Part shown: piece after piece, positions 1 through 9,440 of the stretch
Position numbering within the stretch: position 1 is the stretch's first letter
Layout of the letters: the number at the start of each line of letters is the position of its first letter
Assembly: GCA_963803665.1 (NCBI GenBank)
Contig: CAWDNO010000005.1
Location: 187,204-251,203 of the forward strand
Length of the DNA: 64,000 nt
Direction of reading: 5' to 3'
DNA from: an uncultured Acidobacteriota bacterium
GTDB taxonomy: Bacteria; Acidobacteriota; Terriglobia; Terriglobales; Acidobacteriaceae
Translations under genes and position numbers: made by a program
The notes under the pieces: generated by a model
Told to the model about the DNA's origin: nothing
What the model saw: only the letters and a program-made list of their open reading frames with translations
Database searches by the model: none

Positions 1-174
1 GCGTGTCCGGAATAGTTCAGTGGGCAGGTTGAGATCTCTGAGCAAGAAAATCGTCGCGGCACTGTTTCGCGGCGGAGAGTAACTCTGCGAACTCGGGAGT
101 GCCTCGCAGCTTTGTCCACAGCCGAATCGTTCTGCAAACCCGTGTAGGCGCAAAAGTGTCCGGCGATCGCACTC

Positions 175-2554
175 TTAAGCAGTTGCACGGCCGCATCTTT
201 CTGCCCGCAGAAGAGAAGGTCGCCGCGCAACAACGTAACGAGGTTCGGGGTCGGGATCGGCGAGTCTTGCGGCCACCACGTCACGTGCCAAGCGCGCCAC
301 ATCAGGGGACGACGGATTGTCGATGCACGCCAACATCAACAGGTGGGCGTATTGATTTGTATCTTTGACTTTCTCGCCGATTTCCTTCGCCTGTGCTAAC
401 TTTCCATCACGAATGTAGTGTCGCATGATGTTGTTCGATGCCCACACTGATCCGGCATCGAGCTGAAGAAAATCCATCGCCCGCGTGTAGTTACCAAGTT
501 GGTCGAAGGTGGCCCCGCAAGACCGCAGCATAAAGTTTCCGGAATCCAAGGATGAAGCGACTTCACACTCGTGCGCAGATTCCTCGATGGCTCCTCCATA
601 GCGAAGAACATACGACAGGGCGAAGTGGGCCTGTGCATTCTCTGGATGCCGCGCCACCAGCGCCTTTCGCGTCCTGGTAGGCCTTGGCCAACTCACTCTG
701 TTCGACTCGATTCGTGATCAGCCAGGCAATCGCAAAAATATAGTTGGGATCAAGCGAGACAGCCCGTTCCAAAGCCAGGTTCGAACGCTTGCGCATGGCC
801 TCACCGCCGTTCGAATAGGCGCCATCATAATTGTAGCGAACCCCGAGATACCCCCAGGCGGGCGCGTAGCTGGGATCCAGTCCGACAGAACGCTCCAGCA
901 TGGCGATGGCATCCTTGTTAGGAAGAGGATCATGCGGCAGCGCGATACTGCGGAGGTAGAGATCGTATGCCTCTTCATTCTTGGGATGGGTGCCGCGCTT
1001 CCGCTGAATCCGTTCCGACGCCGAGAGCTGGGACCAATCCCTGGCGAACTTTCGCGGTGATCTGGCTCCGCATGGCAATCATGTCGGGAGCGGCGACGGT
1101 CATGGTGTCGCGCCAAAGCGTGCGGTTGTCGGCGACGTCCACAGCTTCCAGAGTGATCTGAATCTGGTCGCCTTGTTTCATATAGTGCCCGGTGACGACG
1201 TCGGTCACATGCATGGCCTTGCCGGCTTCCTGCAAGTCGACGGTGGGAGAGTCGTACTTGCTGGTGGTGGCGAATGGGCGGATCGACAGCGAGCGAACAT
1301 AACTCAGCGCGGTTGCGATTTCGTCGGCCAGCGCGAGGCGGAGAAAATCTACATCTTTGTCGGCGCCCAGGTTCTGCAGCGGAAGAACGGCGACGGTTCT
1401 TTGACTGGCATTCACCACGGCTGGCGTGGCGCGCTGTTTGACCAACCAATAAACGCCAGTGAGCAATATCACCGCTGTGGCAATTGCTGCCGCGATCTTT
1501 CCGTAGGAACGTCTCTGTATCGAAGTCGCAGGGTTATCCGCTGACACAGCGCTCGAAGACGAAGATGTAGCGGGCGCGAGGGAGAAGGCCGAACCCGACC
1601 CTGGCGACGGCGGTTGGGTGGCGAACGGGCCGCTTTCGTGCGCTGCGGATATGGCTGAAGTCGCGGCTGACGCCGGGCCGAGAATCCGTTTCGCGCTTCA
1701 GTCGCTTCAAGTCGGTCCGCATGTCTGCGGCGTGCTGGTAGCGCAGTTCGCGATCTTTTTCCAGAGCCTTGTTGATGATGTCTTCCAGTTTTGGCGGAAG
1801 GTCGGGGTTCAGCCGGATCGCGGGAACTGGATCACTGCCAGAATTTCATGACAGATCACTCCCGAGCTTTCCCCGCGAAAGGGCAAGGCTCCCGCCGCCA
1901 TCTCGTAGAGCACCGCACCGAAAGAAAACAAATCGCTGCGGGCGTCGAGTTCTTTCGCTCGCACTTGCTCCGGGCGACATATAGGCGACGGTGCCGAGCG
2001 TAGAGCCGGGGCTGGTCAGGTGCTCGTCGCTTGCGGCGGTCGCTTGAGGTTGTCTCCGCTGTTCCGACAGCTCTGGCTGACGCGCGGCGCCACCTTCGCC
2101 AGCCCGAAGTCGAGAATCTTAGCGTGACCGCGCTTGGTCACAAAAATGTTGGCGGGCTTGATGTCGCGGTGCACGATGCCTTCGGCGTGGGCAGCATCCA
2201 GCGCGTCGGCGATCTCGATCGCAACGCTAAGCAGCACATCGTTCTCCATAGGCTTGCCGGCGATGCGATGCTTCAGGGTCACGCCATCGAGGAATTCCAT
2301 GACGATGAAGGCCGGCCATCCTGCTGCCCGATGTCATGAATAGTGCAGATATTGGGATGGTTCAGCGCCGAGGCCGCCTGCGCTTCCCGCTGAAAGCGAG
2401 CCAAGGCTTGAGGGTTCTTGGCGAAATCATCGGGGAGAAACTTCAAAGCCACAAAGCGATGCAGGCTTAGATCTTCAGCCTTGTAGACAACGCCCATACC
2501 ACCACCGCCGAATTTCTCGACGATGCGGTAGTGCGAGATGGTCTGGCCGATCAA
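175..2554 (-). pseudogene. Ser/Thr protein kinase with TM segment and TPR-rich C-terminal region; frame broken at least 6 times as assembled
   Basis: Colinear minus-strand fragments. 2554-2279: [14 protein letters not shown]. 2300-2016: [16 protein letters not shown]. Hand-translated 2010-1730: [14 protein letters not shown] is restored by dropping one base at 1970-1971; also LPPKLEDIINKALEKDRELRYQ. 1722-1534: DLKRLKRETDS. 1547-975: TM helix plus extracytoplasmic domain. 1078-563 and 696-175: TPR-like. Confidence 0.8.
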
Positions 2555-2625
2555 TAGAGATGCCTGCCTTTTGCGGTCGCCTCATCTTACGGAGCGTCAC
2601 CCGGGGGAGTCAACGAAGGCTTGGG

Positions 2626-2677
2626 GTTAACGGAAGACGCCGGGAAAAGTGTCCCAAGGGCGCCTCGTAAGGCGCGC
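2626..2677. repeat. Left arm of a 52-nt inverted repeat (50/52 match to the reverse complement of 4155-4206)
   Basis: gttaacggaagacgccgggaaaagtgtcccaagggcgcctcgtaaggcgcgc. The reverse complement of 4155-4206 is gttaacggaagacgccggaaaaagtgtcccaagggcgtctcgtaaggcgcgc (2 mismatches). Confidence 0.9.
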
Positions 2678-2921
2678 GGGCGACCATTCGGGAAACGGAG
2701 GCGGGAGCGGGGTCGCAAGGCCACGTTAGTCGTGTCTCTCGCAGGCGTGCGGGATTTAGTCGCCCCGTTTCCGCGAGTAGCGACGTGCGTGCCGGCATCG
2801 CTGCGAGATTTGTTGAGAGGACGCGGCCGTACTGCAAACTGTTGCACATTGACAGTGGTTGCCTTTGGAGGGAAACTTTTCCGGTGAAATTTGGCCGAGT
2901 CCGACGGATAAGGAGAAAACT

Positions 2922-3854
2922 ATGAAAAACCTGTTCACGTCGTTTGTTGCTGCCGCGCTAGTTGCAGCGGCGGCTACGATTTGGTCGGCCAGTCTGCAAG
3001 CGGCTGGCAAGCACCCCGAAGTTGTGACGAATAATGACCTGAAGGGGTCGAATACTGTCACATTTTTCAAGTTTACGGGAACAACTCTGCAGAATAACGG
3101 CTCGGCCCCAACCGGCGGTAAAGGTATCGGTGGCGGTTTCGCGGGCCTCAACCGAATCGTGCTAGGTGCGAGCGGAACCACAGTCTGCGGTTTTGTCGGC
3201 GACGCGGGCAGCGACGATATCGCTGTCTTCAAGGAGGTCAACAAGGTCATAACCAAAGTGGGGAACTTCAAAGACGCGCACGGTTCAGGAAAAGCCCACG
3301 GGATCGGACTGGCAGTGACCAAGAATTTCTTGTTTGCAGCCTACAGTTCTACCAAGAACATCGGTGTTTGGCAGGTGCTTTCCGGTTGCAAACTCAAGCT
3401 CTCCGGTACGTACAAGTCGGCGGACGTGGTCGCGGGCATGAGGGCGGCGCCCAACTTCAAGACGCTGGTTGTCAGTTATGGCTCCGGCGTGAATAAAGTT
3501 GACTCCTTTTCTATCGCAGCCAACGGGAAGTTGACGGAGCACGGGCCGTATTCCGCGACTGGCAGTGCGGCTGGCGTAGACATTAGTGCAGACAGCGCCC
3601 ACGCCATTTTCGGCGACACCACCAAGTCCACGACGCAGGTCGAGATTTATCCAATTAACTCTGACGGGTCGTTGGGCAAAGACAATAATTTCGGCGGCGA
3701 TGGCAGCTTAGGTTCTGGCATTGGCTCCAGCAATGTGTGGCTTAGCGCGGATGAGAAGTTCCTATTCGTAAGCAATAACTCGTCGAAGCAGATCACTTCG
3801 CTCGCGTTCGTAGAGAATCCGCTCAGCCTCTCCTACATTAACATCCCAGCTTGA
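2922..3854 (+). CDS. Secreted beta-propeller protein (lactonase-like repeats), probably truncated by an in-frame TGA
   Basis: AAGGAG at 2910-2915 lies upstream of the ATG at 2922. Signal peptide MKNLFTSFVAAALVAAAATIWSASLQAAG. Repeated blades of the type xDGxLxxxG..S. Start chosen inside ORF 2859..3854. Confidence 0.6.
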   Translation: MKNLFTSFVAAALVAAAATIWSASLQAAGKHPEVVTNNDLKGSNTVTFFKFTGTTLQNNGSAPTGGKGIGGGFAGLNRIVLGASGTTVCGFVGDAGSDDIAVFKEVNKVITKVGNFKDAHGSGKAHGIGLAVTKNFLFAAYSSTKNIGVWQVLSGCKLKLSGTYKSADVVAGMRAAPNFKTLVVSYGSGVNKVDSFSIAANGKLTEHGPYSATGSAAGVDISADSAHAIFGDTTKSTTQVEIYPINSDGSLGKDNNFGGDGSLGSGIGSSNVWLSADEKFLFVSNNSSKQITSLAFVENPLSLSYINIPA

Positions 3855-4154
3855 ACAATCCTGGCAACGAGGATCATCTCGAGCGCCGGGATCAACACGA
3901 TAGTTACCGGCTATATCGTGGTGGCGGAGGATAGATACCCGATTCCTCCGTTGGGCTTCTGCAGATTAATTCAGACGGCTCAACTACGGAAGTAAGCGGA
4001 TCCCCTTTCAAGATCAGCCCGGGCGGACCGGGTTTGCAGTCCGTGATGGTCGGTCCTCCGCGACCCTTCTAAACTAAGCGGGTGTTGCAAAACGAGAGAG
4101 CGATTTAGTGTGAGTGGGACCTTTGTGGGTTGGAATGGAGTTTCGGTATTCCTT

Positions 4155-4206
4155 GCGCGCCTTACGAGACGCCCTTGGGACACTTTTTCCGGCGTCTTCC
4201 GTTAAC
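4155..4206. repeat. Right arm of the 52-nt inverted repeat
   Basis: Reverse complement matches 2626-2677 at 50 of 52 positions. Confidence 0.9.
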
Positions 4207-4311
4207 GCCGTCAACGAAACCTTGATAGAGGCTCGTGATATTCTCGTTCGGCGGTAAGCAGAAAACTGAACCTCACCGATGCCTCCAGCGTTTGCCGCTG
4301 CTGTGGAAACT

Positions 4312-4785
4312 TTATCGAGACGCTTCAGTGTCAGTGCGTTCGTGGCGAATTCGATAAATGAGGTATCCCACTACGGCAATATTAACGACTAGCACCAAAC
4401 ACTTGATCGTGCCGGGATGGCGGTGGATCTCGTAAATTTCGAAGGGGATCAGCGACGTAGTGATGATTACGCTGAACCACTCGGCCCAACGTTTCACCAT
4501 CCACAGGCCGATCCCCTCGGTTAGAAATAGTGCTGCGTAGATAAAGCTGACAATTCCCAAACTCTTTATCTTCTGCGGAGTGAGATCGGCGACCTTCTGC
4601 AGCGCCCGATCGACGTACCGGTTGCCCGGATCCAAGCCAAGCACCCTAACCCAATGTTCCGCTATGCTGGCCACGTCTTTGTGGAGCAGATGGAGAGCGC
4701 TCATGCCAACCGCTATTAACATGGCGGCCTTCAGCAGCTTGAACAACGCAATCAGCCGGACCAGCCGGTTATCAGCGGATTTCAT
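4312..4785 (-). CDS. DUF2127-family membrane protein
   Basis: 157 aa. The N-terminus RLVRLIALFKLLKAAMLIAVG and four hydrophobic helices are typical of DUF2127. Confidence 0.65.
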   Translation of the reverse strand: MKSADNRLVRLIALFKLLKAAMLIAVGMSALHLLHKDVASIAEHWVRVLGLDPGNRYVDRALQKVADLTPQKIKSLGIVSFIYAALFLTEGIGLWMVKRWAEWFSVIITTSLIPFEIYEIHRHPGTIKCLVLVVNIAVVGYLIYRIRHERTDTEASR

Positions 4786-4919
4786 GGGGGAAGCGAAACG
4801 TTCTGTAACAGTCTCTCACTCTTGGCAAGGAAAGAGCGTCCATCAATCGTAGTTATACGACCAGAAACAGACTGGGCAAATCGCGCGTTAAGAAATCTCC
4901 GGTTCTGAGCCAAAATGGG

Positions 4920-5912
4920 TTACGGAGTAAGAACAGCTGCGCCGTCTATCGAATCACTCTTCAGTGCAGCCAGGGCCTCGTTTGCCTGATCCAAGGGAAA
5001 GACCGTAATCTTCGGCCGAAGTTTTATTTCGGCAGCAATCTGTAGGAAGTCCCGAGCATCGGAACGAGTCATATTCGCAACACTGCGAAGCTGGCGTTCG
5101 CCCCAGAGCAGTCGGTCATAGTTAAACTCTGGGATCCGATCCAAGTGAATCGCGTTTATGGCGACAACGCCGCCTTTGCGCAGGCTGGCCAGCGCGGCAA
5201 CAACTACATCTCCGCTCGGGGCAAAGGTAATCGCATGGTCGAGTTCGACAGGGGGTTTGTCTAACTCGCTGCCGACCCAGGTAGCTCCAAGCGATTCTGC
5301 CAGGTGCCGGTGAGAAGCTCCACGGGTGGAAACGTACACTTCGCATTTCCACGCGCGCAAAACTGCGATTGCCAGATGCGCCGAGGCTCCGAAACCGAAT
5401 AATCCCACTCGATCTCCCTTTTCTACTCCGGCAACGCGGATGCTTCGAAAGCCGATAATGCCGGCGCAAAGAAGCGGCGCGGCTTGGAGATCATCGAGGG
5501 CGGCGGGAAGAGTGAATACGAAATCAGCGCGAGCCAGTGCATATTCGGCGTATCCTCCATCGACTGAGTATCCGGTGAAGATGGGAGAGTCGCAAAGATT
5601 TTCGAGATTCTTTCTGCAATACCAGCATGTTCCATCGACGCCGCCGATCCAGGACACGCCGACGCGAGTCCCCAAGGGAAACTCCGATGTGGCCCCATCG
5701 ATAATCTCGCCCACTATTTGATGGCCTGGGATGAGCGTCTGGCGAAGCGGCGTTAATTCGCCCTCTACAATGTGTAAGTCAGTGCGGCAAACGCCACATG
5801 CACGCACGCGCAGCAGAAGGTATCCGGGCGCAAGTTGAGGGCGCGGGACATCAATGATCCTCAACGGGCGTTTCAAAACATCTTGTGGCGTATTTAGAAC
5901 AGCGGCTTTCAT
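4920..5912 (-). CDS. Zinc-dependent alcohol dehydrogenase (MDR superfamily)
   Basis: 330 aa. Contains ACGVCRTDLHIVEGE (catalytic Zn), the structural Zn cluster CWYCRKNLENLC and the Rossmann motif GLFGFGASAH. Confidence 0.9.
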   Translation of the reverse strand: MKAAVLNTPQDVLKRPLRIIDVPRPQLAPGYLLLRVRACGVCRTDLHIVEGELTPLRQTLIPGHQIVGEIIDGATSEFPLGTRVGVSWIGGVDGTCWYCRKNLENLCDSPIFTGYSVDGGYAEYALARADFVFTLPAALDDLQAAPLLCAGIIGFRSIRVAGVEKGDRVGLFGFGASAHLAIAVLRAWKCEVYVSTRGASHRHLAESLGATWVGSELDKPPVELDHAITFAPSGDVVVAALASLRKGGVVAINAIHLDRIPEFNYDRLLWGERQLRSVANMTRSDARDFLQIAAEIKLRPKITVFPLDQANEALAALKSDSIDGAAVLTP

Positions 5913-6020
5913 CTGAATATTCTGGTCAAATTATTACAGTTCACAGCCCTGACCGGGAACATCTCTTTTCAGGTTGCCGGGAGTTCCAATCTCAGAGTGG
6001 CGAGGTCATTTGTGTGGAAT

Positions 6021-6054
6021 AAAAAAAGCCGCCTCCACTAACGTGGGGCGGCGG
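6021..6054 (-). terminator. Rho-independent terminator downstream of the 6072-6794 gene
   Basis: The minus strand reads gccgccgccccac-gtta-gtggaggcggc followed by ttttttt (A-run 6021-6027 on the plus strand). Confidence 0.6.
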
Positions 6055-6071
6055 CATTGTCGGTCGCTGGA

Positions 6072-6794
6072 TTATTGGCCCATTGAGCTTTCGCTTTTCG
6101 TGGGTACATCTTTCGAGGTCATATCAAAAGTCAGCATGAACCCGTTGGTACCTTTGAACTCAAAAGCCTTGTCGCCTTCGCGATAAGTTTCGATCTCATT
6201 CGGCATCATTACGAAACCATCGTTGCGCGGTGTACCCCAGTAGCGAACATTTTTCAACACCGCAGGTTCGTCAGTTATTCCCTGAAACCGTTTCAGCTTT
6301 ACCTCCGCGGTGGTGCCCCCGTTCAGGGTGGCATGCGCCGTGTTCTTGTCAAACGTCCAGGTATCAATGTTGCCCTCGGCAGTCTGAAACGACTTCCACT
6401 TGACGGGAAAAACGTGGCCCAGAATCTCGCCTAAGGCCTTGCGTTGTTCAGGAGTGGTCGCCTTATCGAACGTGACCAGCGCCCAGTTCATCTGGCCTTG
6501 CGAGAAGTCACTGCCTAGATCACCCGTGATCCAAAACTTTGCGCCCTCAAGGCTGACATCGCCGTAATGGCCATGGTTGACTTTATACGCATTGTTGAAC
6601 TTGCAGTAGTGCTCGGCCTGCCCATGATCGTGGTGCGCTGCCGGATGAGTGTTGAAGTAGCACATGCAGAAGTGGGGACAGCTACAGGCTTCGATAGCTG
6701 TAGCGTTAATCGCCCATTCCGAAGCAGGTACGGAGCTGTGACCCGTGATGACACCCGCAAGCGCGAGCATCGCTACAAATGCAAATCGTCGCAT
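6072..6794 (-). CDS. Secreted DUF1326-like protein
   Basis: Signal peptide MRRFAFVAMLALAGVITG. The motif WAINATAIEACSCPHFCMCYF fits the W.I.G..E.C.C...C.C.F signature of DUF1326. Strong GGAGGTG lies upstream of the ATG. Confidence 0.55.
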   Translation of the reverse strand: MRRFAFVAMLALAGVITGHSSVPASEWAINATAIEACSCPHFCMCYFNTHPAAHHDHGQAEHYCKFNNAYKVNHGHYGDVSLEGAKFWITGDLGSDFSQGQMNWALVTFDKATTPEQRKALGEILGHVFPVKWKSFQTAEGNIDTWTFDKNTAHATLNGGTTAEVKLKRFQGITDEPAVLKNVRYWGTPRNDGFVMMPNEIETYREGDKAFEFKGTNGFMLTFDMTSKDVPTKSESSMGQ

Positions 6795-6944
6795 ACCTTC
6801 ACCTCCTTCGGGGAGGAATTATGCGCCTATGGGTTGCTGGTTGCAATAGGAATGTCTGCGGCTTTGATCCTACGTGGATTGGTTGTTCAGACGTGGGCAG
6901 TTCCCAGCAAAGCTAGCGTCTTCTTGAACGGGGACAGCCCAAGG

Positions 6945-7436
6945 TTACTCTTTATCCAGATACTCCTCCGGAACGTCGTCTTCCGGCACTTCGTGCGTCC
7001 GAACTTCCTTTTCATCTTCAGCACTTTCTACGCCCATCACTGCATCAGCTTCGAATGCGTTGCCTTCCTCGATCAATTCATCCACACTCTCCGAATCCGC
7101 CCGTTCGACGTCCGATAGTCCTTGCAGATCTCCTGATTGCCCCGCGGACTGTGATCTCATCTCCTGGGATGCAAATGGGTCCGTATTCAAGGACAAACTT
7201 TTTCGTGGAGCCCGTTTCTGAGACAAGCGTACAGTTTTCGTGCCCGCTGCCTTCTTCGCAAGGCTGCCGCCTCGCGAAGCCGATTTTTTCAAATTGACTT
7301 TCTTAGCTGTACTCGTCTTGGAGGTTGTCTTCTTTGCAGCCCGTTTCTTCCCGACGACCTTCCGGACTGGACTCGCCTTTTTCTTGGCAACTCTCTTCAG
7401 CTTGGTGGTCTTCTTAGATGTCTTCTTAGCGGCCAT
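6945..7436 (-). CDS. Histone H1-like lysine/alanine-rich protein with an acidic C-terminal half
   Basis: 163 aa. The first ~85 residues are K/A/T-rich (AAKKTSKKTTKLKRVAKKKASPVRKVVGKKRAAKK...). The last ~70 are D/E-rich (DSESVDELIEEGNAFEAD...EDDVPEEYLDKE). Confidence 0.6.
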   Translation of the reverse strand: MAAKKTSKKTTKLKRVAKKKASPVRKVVGKKRAAKKTTSKTSTAKKVNLKKSASRGGSLAKKAAGTKTVRLSQKRAPRKSLSLNTDPFASQEMRSQSAGQSGDLQGLSDVERADSESVDELIEEGNAFEADAVMGVESAEDEKEVRTHEVPEDDVPEEYLDKE

Positions 7437-7726
7437 AAGCGCAGTTTACCACCGCCACGACCAAGCGCTCAAAACGCAGAGATCTTCATAGAGCCAATAG
7501 AGGTCATTCCGCGCCATTGTGAAGCGGGCGTACACTGATGAAATTATCGGAGATACCAATGACGAGGCAGCCGATCAAACGTTGCTTACGAAATATTCAT
7601 CTGTGAATGACAAAGGGCACGAGCGAGGACGCTCGCGCCTACACGTGCAAAAGAAGGTCTCATGAGCAAACAGGAAACGCGTCCTCCCCTGCCACCACTC
7701 ACCCGCAAGGGCATCCATAGCCTGAA

Positions 7727-9325
7727 ATGAGAACGCCTTGCGACGAAGCCGTAATGGAATCAGCCTCTCCCAGAGCTGCTTGCCGAGCAGAACCGGGAAC
7801 CTGGATACTCGCCGGAACCATCCTGGGTTCCAGCATGGCTTTCATCGACAGCACCGTCGTCAATGTTGCTCTGCCTGCGCTACAAGCTAGTTTCCACGCA
7901 ACTGTGGTGGATGTGCAATGGGTGGTTGAGTCTTACGGACTTTTTCTGGGCGCCTTGATATTAGTCGGCGGATCTTTTGGCGACTTGTTTGGCCGCCGTT
8001 TGATCTTCGTGCTCGGTGTATCGATTTTCGCTCTGGCGTCCGCGGGTTGCGGCTTTGCGTCGAGCATCCATCAATTGATCTTCGCCAGGAGCATTCAAGG
8101 TGTGGGAGCTGCGCTGCTCGTGCCCGGAAGCCTGACAATCATCAGCACATCATTTGACGAGCAGAGCCGCGGCCAGGCCATCGGCACGTGGTCAGGCTTT
8201 ACCGCAATCACGACCGCCATCGGCCCGGTTCTCGGAGGATGGCTGGTCGGACACGCTTCCTGGCGGTGGGTCTTCTTTATTAATCTCCCTCTCGCGGTGG
8301 CCGTGATCGTCATTTCGCTTCGGTTTATTCCAGAGAGCCGCAGCAGCACTGCAAGGCGCGTGGATTGGTTGGGAGCGATTCTTGCCACCGTCGGATTAGG
8401 CGGCTTGGTCTACGGGTTCCTTGAATCAGTCAACCTCGGGTGGAAAAATCCACTGGTTCTTGGAAGTTTGTTGGGTGGCTTCGCATGCCTTATTGCGTTC
8501 GTGTTAGTCGAGGCTAATGTCAGTGAGCCGATGCTACCAATTTCGCTGTTCAAATCCCGCAGCTTCAGTGGCGCGAACCTGCTAACGCTGTTCCTGTATG
8601 CCGCGATCGGCATTTTCTTTTTCTTGTTCCCATTAAACCTGATCCAGGTTCAGGAATACTCCACCACAGCGACCGGAGCTGCCGTCCTTCCTTTGATTCT
8701 GCTCATGTTTTTTCTGTCTCGCTGGTCTGGCGGGCTGGTCGCTCGTTTTGGCGCGAAAGGTCCGCTGATCATTGGCCCTATCATTGCCGCTTCAGGCTTT
8801 GCGTTGTTCGCCCTGCCGTCGGTAGGAGGTAGCTATTGGAAGGCATTCTTTCCGGCGATCATTGTTCTCGGATTCGGGATGGCGGTCACGGTAGCTCCCC
8901 TGACCACCGTCGTCATGAATTCAGTCGATCAAGATCGAGTCGGCGCGGCTTCCGGAATCAACAATGCTGTGGCGCGCGTAGCGGGCGTTCTAGCGATCGC
9001 GGTGTTTGGGGTTGTGATGGTGAAAGCGTTCAGTTTCCGATTGAACCACAGCTTGGCTCGCCTCTCACTCTCGCCCGACATTCTGCACGAGCTTCAGAGA
9101 GATGAGATCAAACTCGCCGGCTTGCAGGTACCGAGTGATCTCAATCCCGCCATGAGAACTATCGTCATGGAGTCCATTAAAGAAGCGTTTGTATTCGGAT
9201 TCCGAATCGTAATGTTCATTTGCGCCGGCCTGTCGCTGGCAAGCGCTGTCGTTGCCTGGCTTATGATCTCTCAACGTCGCGACGGCCGAGAACCTGTCGT
9301 TATAGCACAACAAAACAGACGGTGA
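7727..9325 (+). CDS. MFS transporter, DHA2 (EmrB/QacA-like, 14-TMS) family
   Basis: 532 aa. Contains MAFIDSTVVNVALP, GSFGDLFGRRLIF and about 14 hydrophobic segments. The start may be the internal Met at 7754. Confidence 0.85.
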   Translation: MRTPCDEAVMESASPRAACRAEPGTWILAGTILGSSMAFIDSTVVNVALPALQASFHATVVDVQWVVESYGLFLGALILVGGSFGDLFGRRLIFVLGVSIFALASAGCGFASSIHQLIFARSIQGVGAALLVPGSLTIISTSFDEQSRGQAIGTWSGFTAITTAIGPVLGGWLVGHASWRWVFFINLPLAVAVIVISLRFIPESRSSTARRVDWLGAILATVGLGGLVYGFLESVNLGWKNPLVLGSLLGGFACLIAFVLVEANVSEPMLPISLFKSRSFSGANLLTLFLYAAIGIFFFLFPLNLIQVQEYSTTATGAAVLPLILLMFFLSRWSGGLVARFGAKGPLIIGPIIAASGFALFALPSVGGSYWKAFFPAIIVLGFGMAVTVAPLTTVVMNSVDQDRVGAASGINNAVARVAGVLAIAVFGVVMVKAFSFRLNHSLARLSLSPDILHELQRDEIKLAGLQVPSDLNPAMRTIVMESIKEAFVFGFRIVMFICAGLSLASAVVAWLMISQRRDGREPVVIAQQNRR

Positions 9326-9440
9326 CCTGAACGTTGCAGGTCCGACAGCAGACCGACAATCAGGTCTGCACCGATACTATATGGATGAAATTGGAACGTG
9401 AAGATTGACGCTGATTTTAGAGCCGGGCGGCTCGGCGTCG

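Noticed and set aside
11-40. ggaatagttcagtgggcagg resembles a tRNA D-arm.
   Set aside because: No acceptor stem, anticodon arm or T-loop (GTTCRANYC) can be built around it.
9348-9369. Hairpin gcagacc-gacaatca-ggtctgc between the convergent MFS and acyl-CoA synthetase genes, considered as a bidirectional terminator.
   Set aside because: The stem is only 7 bp and there is no U-run on either strand.
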